A DNA stretch of 62,488 bases, filler included, from Sluysia triapertura (lineage: Eukaryota): NCBI GenBank assembly GCA_046118255.1. It is 5 parts of 5 records of this genome, joined end to end, with 100 filler letters (N's around TTAATTAATTAA, not from the genome) between each part and the next. Parts side by side here need not be neighbours in the genome. Positions count along the whole stretch, not along the records: positions 51,256 to 62,488 come from JBJNIA010187058.1; 4 more parts are not named here. One strand, 5' to 3'. How positions within the stretch are numbered: the first letter of the stretch is position 1; each line of letters starts with the position of its first letter. A program made the translations under genes and the position numbers. The notes under the pieces were generated by a model, which did not search any database, had not been told where the DNA came from, and worked only from the letters and a program-made list of their open reading frames with translations. Shown here piece after piece: positions 53,079 through 62,488 of the stretch.

Positions 53079-54327
53079 CTACTAAATTTAATCATCCATT
53101 GAAAAATAAATTATATTTATGTCTTATGAGGCACTTTTTCGAAGTTTTGACAATTTTAAGTTATACATTTCGAATTTTATACAATTTAAAAATTCAGTGG
53201 AATTAGAGTACTGTTTATGACGAAATATGAAAATAGGGAACTTATTCTTGCAACCCAAACGTCTCAGGACCTATTAAATTAAAAAAAACCCTCGCATAGA
53301 TTTGCTACACACATTCTTCTAAGTACGTCTCTCGAACAAGTGTAAATCGAATATTATGGGCGAACCAATTAATGATAAATTAAACTAATTAGTGACAAGA
53401 CTTTAATACCAAATATAAACAATTACAGAAGTGGTTATAAATACGTAAACTTTCAATTATACATTACAGAAAAGTATTATTTTAGGATTTGTTAGTGCTC
53501 AAATTATTCACAAAAATCAATAATTGAAAATGATCTACTTTATAACCATGACAAAGACCAATGAAGCAGATAATAAAATTAATATTCAGAATTCAAGGAA
53601 TATTATGAATTAAGAGAATACGCTTATGATTTAAGATATTCAAGATCTTCATTGTAAAAGATGCTAGTTACAAAGAAATATGGAATGGTGTTAATACTCA
53701 GATTGAACAAGTTTATGAAGTGAAATATGATGTATTAAAAGGGTATTCGAATTTTTCCACATGGTTTTTAAATCGTCTTATTAAAACAATTTATAGAGCA
53801 CGTGGAGTTATCTTCCTAAAAGATTCCATGAATGAACGAAAGGAAACAAGATATTGTAAATGGAATCTTTCCATAAATATGTAATATGGTCTATCACATT
53901 ATTGTTTTTGATAAAGTTTTTTATGAGTGATTCAGATCTAAAATATAAATAAAAATGTCTTCTACTTAATTAACAAGACGAATAAGAATCGAGTAATTTG
54001 TTTTAATTCGATTAAAGGACTCAATACAATATGTTTTCGTAATTATCTAAATATAACAATTGAGAAATATCAAGATGTAAACACGAGTCCTAACATACCA
54101 AATACAGGTCTCAAGAAACATGTAATGAATTACTAGAAACTTCGATTATCTTAAGGGAATATGACAATGGATTAATAAGCATAGTTATTTTTAAAGATTC
54201 TTCTATTTTTAATTGAACTAGATTTTTATATACATCAAAAACAATTAAAAGAATTAGAAATCTGAAAGTAAACGAAAGCTACTTAACGAATTTTGCGAAA
54301 AGGAATAATTCAATTATTTGCACACAA

Positions 54328-54535
54328 CAAGGATTGGACTAAGGCCCGTAATTTTTGGGGCCCGAAACTTAGGTTTTTAATTTTTATTTTTATTTAACAG
54401 AAAACGTGATATTCATAATTATGCCGAATCGTTTATTGAAGTCGACAAGTGAGCGTTCCCAGGCTTATACATCTTAGTGTCGATGAGTGTAAATACAATC
54501 GAGCCTTTACTATGCACGTGTCATGACTAGGATAA
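54328..54535. mobile_element. hAT-like MITE, partial copy
   Basis: Reverse-complement homologue of ~58995-59220. Confidence 0.7.
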
Positions 54536-54889
54536 ATAAGATGAAAATTACACGAAACTGGACTTAATAATATGCACCTCATTTTAAGATTAAATTTAAG
54601 TGTTGGTGTTGTACTTCCAATAAATATTATATAGTGATTTTACTTACATGTTTTGATTTAATAAAGTTCTAGAGACTTTAATTTGAAACTTAATTTGATT
54701 GGCGTGTTAACTCACTGCAAATTTAAACAAACGACAATGTTCCATAAACGTTATTTCTTAAAAATTTTCTTAAACATACTTTCTTTTGTAGGCAATACAA
54801 ATTTTATAATATAAAAATTCAAAAATATCCATTAAGAAAATTTTAGGTTAGGTTTTTATTGAAAATGAGAATATTTTTAAAATACAAAC

Positions 54890-55114
54890 CTTTAACGATG
54901 TACGTTACCGCTGTTTGACGCCATCTTGGAGAAGGAGTAGACTCTGCATTAGTAGCAGACACTGTTTCACAAAGTGCATTCCAAGCCCCTTCATCAGATG
55001 AAGAAACTGTCAGCTTGACTAAAGTATTATTCGGATTCAAAGGTGACGAACGACCACCAAATAGAAGAAATTCATTTTCTGAAATCTGAGTAACGGTTCC
55101 ACATATGGAATCCA
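54890..55114 (-). CDS. LCMT2: LCMT2/TYW4 (tRNA wybutosine-synthesizing protein 4) Kelch-region exon, possibly from a pseudogenised duplicate
   Basis: TVTQISENEFLLFGGRSSPLNP...PSPRWRQTA (GGRxSP and PRWRH motifs); tttcag/gtttgt; phase 1/1. Confidence 0.7.
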
Positions 55115-55342
55115 CTGAAACATACATATAAATATTATTTTTTTAAGATTAAAATTGAATTGAGGAACCAAACAAGCTAAATAAGCTCAACTTGAGCGGT
55201 TGAAAGCATTAATGCAATCATATCTCGATTTAATACCAACTTTATATATTGCCAAAAATTATTATATAAAATTTTGTAATTTTATAATATTAATATATTA
55301 AATATTTTTTTAATTCCTAAAAACGTTATTGCCATTTTTATT

Positions 55343-55813
55343 TTAGCCATTTCGCAGCAACTGGGACCAATTGGTCCCACTCGTATTTCAGGCTTAAGAA
55401 GGTCATGTTACATATTGTTTTATAGGATTAAGTAAGGACAATATTTTGCATAATCGTTTCCGATTTTAAAGTATGTGCACAAAGTTATTTCAATAATATA
55501 CCACCATTTTGTGAGAACAATATTTGAGTCAAATAAAATAAGCGAAAATATTATAAAGTTTAAAGTTATTATTACTCTTGTTAGAAGATGGCAGATTGCT
55601 TTAGAACATTCCACACACTATAATACACTTTGATAGAGAATACTAAATTTACCAATTTTCACATTTTATGCTATTTTATTGAAAATTCATGAAAAATTAT
55701 ACATTTTTTAATTAATCTTAATTTTTTTATTGCTTTCCTCACATATATTTCATATAATCTCTCAAATAAATTTATGTTCGCAAAAATGCGCTCAGCGGCG
55801 GTTAAAGGGTTAA
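55343..55813. mobile_element. piggyBac-like MITE
   Basis: Right end aaaggg-TTAA; degenerate left end ttagccattt; 18-bp palindrome tgggaccaattggtccca at 55362-55379. Confidence 0.4.
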
Positions 55814-56296
55814 TTGTTTTTAATGTGGGAAAATAAAATCGCGACATTTATTACTTTATTACGTCTTTTTGGAAGACTAAATTTGAAAAATGGTATATAT
55901 GTAAAAATGAAATCGTAATAGTAAATTAAAATCGGAAATTAAGAAAGAAATATCTCAAAAAATGCATAAACCATATAATTGTATTAAAATAGATGTGAAG
56001 AAATGTTTAGTAAAATGCGCAAAAATAAATACATAATTATTAAAATAAAAGAACATGGAAAATAAATAAAATCTAATAAATATGTAATCATAATAGTAAC
56101 AGTAGTAATAATAATTGACAAAGATTTAATTATTGAATTGAAACGAGAATATTCGTATTCAGAATTAATTAACAAATTAATGTAATCATAATAATATGTT
56201 AATTATCTTCTAAAATAATTCTATGACGATTGACTTAAAGTTTTATAACAAAAAAATACAAAAATAAAAGAAAACGAAATAGTAAGAACAATAGAT

Positions 56297-56713
56297 TAAA
56301 TAAGGTTTAGGCAGAGAATTTGGAAAATCATCCATTCATTTTTCTAGTGAGAAATATTGAGTATTATCATCCATTTTTCTAAGTGCTTGCCGAGTCATAC
56401 CACGATACAATATGACACAGTACCATCGATTGAGACTAAAAAAACAGTTATTCGTTATTTCGCCATTCTAAAATGAATTCTACTCAAATTTTACCATTAT
56501 TTTACATCACGGTGTAACAAATAATCATCCAATGAACACTAAGCAAAATGGTGTATATCAGCAGATTCAAAAAGTACGAAATCACAAAACAATTTCATTA
56601 TGCTAGAAATTTAATTCTGATCATCCCGATGTAATTCATAGTTATAGACATGATCCAGACTGAACCAGAGACTTCTCCAAATGACAAGCAAATTGTGTAT
56701 CGTAAAATTATTC
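56297..56713 (-). pseudogene. Two-exon decayed coding fragment, family unknown
   Basis: DHVYNYELHRDDQN*ISSIMKLFCDF...LLHRDVK*, short gt-ag intron, then LNRWYCVILYRGMTRQALRKMD. Confidence 0.3.
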
Positions 56714-56728
56714 CTAATCTTTAGTCAA

Positions 56729-56800
<72 letters not shown>
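56729..56800. repeat. (AAT)n microsatellite
   Basis: Direct reading. Confidence 0.95.
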
Positions 56801-57495
56801 CGGTACTAAAATTAACAATTCTTAATAATCAATGACTCTTGCTCGCTGCAAAACTATTTTCTGTGGTTTTTCTAACTCTTAACCTACGGCAAAATATTTT
56901 TTGATCAGAGTCCGATTACAGCAAACGATTTACAACTTATAGTGGGCGTTCCTGTAATTTTATAAGCTAATATTTTATCTGAATATAAATGTTTTGTAGT
57001 TATGGTCTTAACAAATACTCAATTAGTGTAATTTTTTCAAAATTTTAATAATTTACTCTACAACTTTCAGTAATTAAATATAGACAAAATAATAAATTTA
57101 TTATACAAAATACAAAAGCTTTACAACAATAACCAAGCAAAAGACAATTAAAAAAGAATGTTTAATCTAATATCTGTATTATTTTAAGTATATATTACCA
57201 CTCAATATATAATTAAAATAACTGAAAATTTAAGTCAATTTTATAATACCAACTTCATAAGTTGAAATTGATCTTAAAAATATTTGTATTACCAATTAAT
57301 GGAATAAAGTCGAATAATTGTTCTGCGGATATTTCCCAAAATTTGAATAGACTGTTCATTGTGAACAATTACTCAAATTTCCTCCAACAATGACGCTGCA
57401 AGTTTGATATGAAAATTGTACCAAGTTTAAAATGGAGAATTACAAATGGCAAATTTTACAAAGGTGATGATGCTAATTTATATATTAGTCATCAG

Positions 57496-57531
57496 CCAAT
57501 AGGAATGTTCTAGAACATTCTAGAAGCTTCC
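57496..57531. promoter_or_regulatory. Perfect 6-unit heat-shock element beside a CCAAT box
   Basis: gGAAt gTTCt aGAAc aTTCt aGAAg cTTCc at 57502-57531; ccaat at 57496-57500. Confidence 0.6.
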
Positions 57532-58347
57532 ATTCTATTTTTAGAAGCGAATTTTCTTTTTTTTCGAAAATAAATAATTTTAAAATGATTTTAAAGATTT
57601 TATATGATGTTCAAATTATCTGATTTCAAATCAAAAACTCTCATTTATTCAAAATTTGTTATTGTTCTATTGGATTTACAGTTATAAACAATTTGTATCT
57701 AACGTAAAAATTAGAAGTGCTTTTAAAATATGAATTTATATTCTCGCTGTCAAATTTCGGAGTAAAATTAATTAATATCATGATAATATGTAGGATAACG
57801 ACAAAATTTATACGCGTTAACAATAACGATCTTTCTTTGAATTTATAAAATATTTAAACATTAATAATTCTAATTAAATGCAACGTCCCAAAGTACTAGA
57901 TCATGTTTGAAACTGTGATCGATAAATTGTCAGATTTTACAAACCAATCAGATTTTTAAATGACACTGCAAAAAGCCATCTCCTGATATTGTGTTTTTCA
58001 TGAGAACTGTGCTATCGTTAAAAAGTTATCTTTCTACCTTCTACAATAATTTTCTCAAGATCAATTTCTTCCTATAATCAATCTCACAGGTTAGCCACTT
58101 TTTTTACTCGATTTCTAATCTCATTCTATATTCTTTCTCACTTATTGGGCCATTTTCTTTATAATCATTAATATAGTTTTGACTATTATTATTTCTCTAT
58201 AATATATTCGTATTAAGCTTAATTATTGTGAGTGTTGTTTTTCACTATATCAATATATTTATAATTAATTCATAAATATTTATGTAAATTAAATTTCAGT
58301 CTATTACACACAATGTTTATATCTATTTATAGATTTATATTATTTTA

Positions 58348-58465
58348 TTAGGTTGGTGCATAAATTCGTGCGGTTTTATTTGTTGCAAAGAAAACACACC
58401 AACCTATTGTTTTAACTGATTTGAGTTATATTCATTCAACTGAATTATCTTTTTAAATCACTTTC
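58348..58465 (+). mobile_element. mariner 5' end fragment, same family as 36587-37252
   Basis: ttaggttggtgcataaattcgtgcggtttta...ctgaattatct..ttaaatcacttt matches the reverse complement of ~37172-37252. Confidence 0.75.
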
Positions 58466-58941
58466 ATTATCTATTTTTAGATTAGTAACACTAATATTTA
58501 TAGATTAGATTAGATATTTTATTTAAATTGATGATAATATGATTAGATTTACATAGATTTGTTATTCAGAACCTATTTAGAATATTACAAATGTATTCTA
58601 ATTATTCGTTTCTTAATCATCCAATAATATCATTACACTAAATTATTCATTTAGCTACTTATTGTCCATTACTTAACGATGAAGATATTTCTAACTTATA
58701 TTAATATTTTACAAATATTTTGTTATTTTTAATTCCATAATATAACAAAATGAATTTATGTCATTTAAAAATGAGTTTTATCATTGAAAACTATTTTACT
58801 CATTATTTTTATAAGTTTTCATATACTAAAATAACCCTAACTAAACTGGATTATTAAATCTGTAAAATCCCAATAATTTATCGAAACTGTGTTTAATTGT
58901 TAAATTAACCTTAAAACAGTCGAAATCGTACCTGATCTAAC

Positions 58942-59249
58942 CAGTGGGGGACTAAGGCTAAAGTGGGCCCTAAGTAACATTATAATTACCGGCCTATTTT
59001 TCAGTCATGTGCATAGTAAAGGCTCGATCATATTTACACACATCGACACTCGCGGATGCATAAGCATGGGAACACTCGTCCACACTTGTCGACTTCATAA
59101 TCAACGATTCGGCATAATTTGGATACATTTCAGCAATAATTATGAATATCACGTTTTCTGTTAAATAAAAATAAAAATAAAAAACCTGATTTTCTGGCCC
59201 CAAAAATTACTGGCCCTAAGCATACCGCCTAGGTTGCCCAGGCCTTAGC
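58942..59249. mobile_element. hAT-like MITE
   Basis: cagtgggggactaaggc...ggccttag ends, ggccc subterminal motifs, second copy at 54328. Confidence 0.7.
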
Positions 59250-59420
59250 ATTTTGTTTATTTAATGAATATGATATGACATCAATTATATTTTTTATTGA
59301 ATTATTACACAATTCATCAATAAAACATTTTCCTACACAAAGAATAATAATTTTCAGAATAATATTTCTAGAAATAATTTCCGTTGAATTTTTTTATTAA
59401 TATTATATTATGTTTTCTAG

Positions 59421-60203
59421 GAGTCATCTAATGTTCGATTGGACCAAAATCCCCACAAACCAACCTCGTCTTCGAATCCGAACAATTTACCCAATTCTAA
59501 GGATATTTCTTTAATTCTTTATTCAGTATTTGCAATTATTGCTCTTCTAGGTGTATTATCTGTTATCTATTTCATTCGATGTATCTATAACATTCGCTTT
59601 CGAAAATCAGCATATATTCCGTCATCAAATTTCGCTTCATCTCCAAATTCTTGTAACAATAGCACAACAGCTGCGACTTCTTCTCTAGGTATGATAACGG
59701 CCAATCCTCATTTTGAACAAATTCAAATTCAACATCCTTACATGCTCAATTCATCCCAGCAAATTTCCGTGCCTAGCCTTCAGTCAACTCCTTTGATGAC
59801 TCCTTCGAATTCTGAATCACTACGATTACGCAAGAATCACAAATTTCATCCTCCACCTGGTCCACCAGATAATCATCTCGAAGTAACTTTATTGGGTCCT
59901 AATCCAGGTTCTGGGCTCGATTTTGGTTATGGCCAAACTCGAATGGCGCTTTCAGAAACGCTATACAGTTTTGATTCATTAGGTCCTGATGGAAAAGGCA
60001 GAAATGGAAGTTCGAAAGGGATGACTCCGACTGGTGGTGACAGAACTGTCGATTCAGCAGCAACTGTTGTTGGATTTGGTGTACCTGGTTCAGCTATGTC
60101 ATCTCCTACTCCAACGATGGCTATGCTACACAGTAACGGTACTGCTAGTGGAGGTGGTAATACTTCTCCGGTACCAAGTGACCCCACAGTTGATTTCGGG
60201 TAA
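59421..60203 (+). CDS. Single-pass membrane protein: TM helix plus Ser/Pro/Gly-rich cytoplasmic tail (probable FN3-type receptor)
   Basis: ttctag acceptor, 260 open codons; TM LILYSVFAIIALLGVLSVIYFI followed by basic residues; PPPGPP; ends at TAA or at a gg/gtaaac donor. Confidence 0.8.
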   Translation, partial: ESSNVRLDQNPHKPTSSSNPNNLPNSKDISLILYSVFAIIALLGVLSVIYFIRCIYNIRFRKSAYIPSSNFASSPNSCNNSTTAATSSLGMITANPHFEQIQIQHPYMLNSSQQISVPSLQSTPLMTPSNSESLRLRKNHKFHPPPGPPDNHLEVTLLGPNPGSGLDFGYGQTRMALSETLYSFDSLGPDGKGRNGSSKGMTPTGGDRTVDSAATVVGFGVPGSAMSSPTPTMAMLHSNGTASGGGNTSPVPSDPTVDFG

Positions 60204-60289
60204 ACATTTTGCGAACTTTTAATTCGACAAAGCCGATTAGGTCAACTTTATATAATAATACATTAGATTATTAAACAACAAATAATATT

Positions 60290-60687
60290 TAATAACAAAT
60301 ATGTTTCTCTTTGGTGGTCCATCAAAAAGTGTCGTTTGGAAAATGTGGCAGAAATAAGAAAACACCAGTGAGAAATGATAGATATTTGGTGAGACTTTCT
60401 ACGATGAATCGTAAAACAGTTAGAGACTTGCAGAATGCACGTTAGTGCCAGAATAATCAGAAGGAGACAATGGTTTGCGAGCGAGACATTTAACTGAGGA
60501 TGACATCCTTTCAAATATGGGATGACATGACCACCTTTGTAAGAAGGAGACCTAATGAGGAGTTTCACCAGATTGTGTTATAAAAACTTTGAAACATCGA
60601 ACTTTTGATTAATAGTTGAAAAATGTTGAATTTTATCACAAAAATGATTTGTGATAATCAAATAATCAAATAATTTGGCCACCACTG
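60290..60687 (+). mobile_element. Non-autonomous Tc1 deletion derivative, second copy
   Basis: GRNKKTPVRNDRYLVRLS...RRPNEEF..DCVIKTLKH; terminus ggccaccactg-TA. Confidence 0.75.
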
Positions 60688-60834
60688 TAAATTCGAAATC
60701 AAAATAAGATCAACTGCTCATATATTATCAAATATCACAAAATTAACAATAGAAATTATACAAAACAAATAATCAATTTTAAATGTAATCATAGAGTGCA
60801 AAAAATATAAAAATTACACAAATATAAAACTAAA

Positions 60835-61540
60835 GTTGCTTTTTTCAATTCAAGTGGATTTAATAAATTTATGAATTAAAAAAATTATTCATTTAAAAAC
60901 AATTCTAAAATACATTGTTTATTTATACATAATTATTTATAATTATTTTAGTAGAAATTTATTCATAGATGATTTCTAAATGTAGCATCACAACGAAAGT
61001 CTGTTGTCTGGACAAATCTATTTGAAATAAGGCTTTTAAGTACCTAACAATAGTCATGGCAAACATCTCAACATTGTGGTGAAACGGAATCCTAGTTTGT
61101 AGTTGCTGGAGTGTCATCAAACATTATTTTCAACTCCATTTTTTAGAAAGGATCTAGAATAGTCATACTTCCAACATGCTTCCCATCTGTGATGTCACGT
61201 GTAGACCTAAATCTTTTTATGATTCCACTGACAGTAGACTGAGGCATTAAGGTGGCATCCACAATTCTACTCACAGACCACCCTCTTTCCTCAAGCTTTA
61301 TCGTGTTGCGTGCGCCTAGGCATTCTATCTTTTGTCTCTTTCCTTCTATACTTCTTTCTTCTTCATTTGCTCGTTTTATAGACATTAGATTTCATAATAG
61401 TTGTATCAACAAATATATAAACAGTATTATGTATAAGTAAACAATTAATATGCTTGTTATATAATTTAATTGTTTTTAAATGAAAATTTTTTTAATTCAT
61501 AAATTTATTAAATCCACTTTGATTGAAAATACATCCAATT
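60835..61540 (-). mobile_element. Tc1/IS630-like deleted element with ~100-bp TIRs
   Basis: aagtggatttaataaatttatgaattaaaaaaatt..catttaaaaacaatt inverted at both ends; HTH GWSVSRIVDATLMPQSTVSGIIKRFRST. Confidence 0.78.
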
Positions 61541-62417
61541 GGGATGAAAATCCTACATTTACAATTACATTTGTTCGTTAATTAGATGTCGATATCTACA
61601 TGCAGTGTTAGCACACACACACAAAACACACATGATAATTAATGCTAATAATTACTAATGTTGTTGAATAGTTTTACATTATACATTCTTTTACAACTTT
61701 AATAAACAATTCTCGATTTAAAATAACATTAAAAAACACTATATTTCCTCGTCTAACTATCACTTTAAATGTAGTTGTAAATAAAATTAACGGTATAAAT
61801 TTAATAAAGTTTTGTAAATAAATGATGTTAATATTTTAATTAATTGTAAATAAAATTAATTTTATAACTTTAGCTAATAAATAATAATGAATGTTTATAT
61901 TTCGAACCGAAATCTTATTTATTTTAAAAATGAAAGTATATAATTTAAAGCTGGACCATATTACTCATTAAATAATTATTTATTTTAAAGAACAAAGTGC
62001 ATAAAAATTTGTATATATTATTTGAGTGTCCAAAGTGCAAAATCTGAAGTTTATTTATCTGACTCATCAGAACAAGGTTCATCAGTTATAACAGTATAAA
62101 AAGACAGTAAGTAAAATAATAGACACGCAAAAATAATTTGTAGATTTTAAGTTGGATTAAAGGCGTCATCGATTTTAATTGGAAAATTTAGTTGAGTAAT
62201 TATTTCAGAATTCATTTCAATTGGAAATTCAAGAAGATAGTTCATCTAAAGATTAAAGATATTGTTTCAGACATTATTATCGTATGTAATCAAAGTAAGA
62301 TAATAATTTTTAAGGATTGCTTCAATAAGTAGCATCAAAATCAGACTTAAAATCCAAAACATTAAAATATTTTTAAAATCACATTGTTTATAAAGAAGAG
62401 AAGATCTTATATACATA

Positions 62418-62418
<1 letters not shown>

Positions 62419-62488
<70 letters not shown>
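62419..62488. repeat. (ATT)n microsatellite at window end
   Basis: Direct reading. Confidence 0.95.

Noticed and set aside
53500-54200. Coding-like relic on the plus strand
   Set aside because: Many stops and frameshifts and no recognisable motif; left unassigned

Overview
The window is AT-rich eukaryotic (animal) DNA, not prokaryotic, and it is not contiguous. Five contigs (1-14311, 14412-27123, 27224-39022, 39123-51155, 51256-62488) are joined by identical artificial 100-nt linkers (N44-TTAATTAATTAA-N44). Abundant (AAT)n, 47-58 nt introns and poly-Asn exons suggest an invertebrate such as a triclad flatworm or leech (inference only). Contig 1: first coding exon of a PMCA Ca2+-ATPase followed by a long intron holding a decayed Ty3/Gypsy element, tRNA-derived SINE copies and MITEs. 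Contig 2: eight clear exons plus one probable exon of an inner-arm axonemal dynein heavy chain (DNAH3/7/12 group) tail. Contig 3: 3' exons of an Asn-rich gene among Tc3-like, rosa, Tc1 and mariner relics. Contig 4: no recognisable host gene; two Maverick/Polinton-type integrase fragments sit among intronless orphan ORFs, including a ~497-codon 22-aa-repeat/TM ORF broken by one TAA and a secreted Cys-rich ORF broken by TAA-TAG-TAA. Contig 5: a single-pass receptor gene (probable FN3 exon plus TM/cytoplasmic exon) whose putative intron holds antisense LCMT2/TYW4 exons and a perfect 6-unit heat-shock element. All family calls come from recalled motifs; no searches were run.
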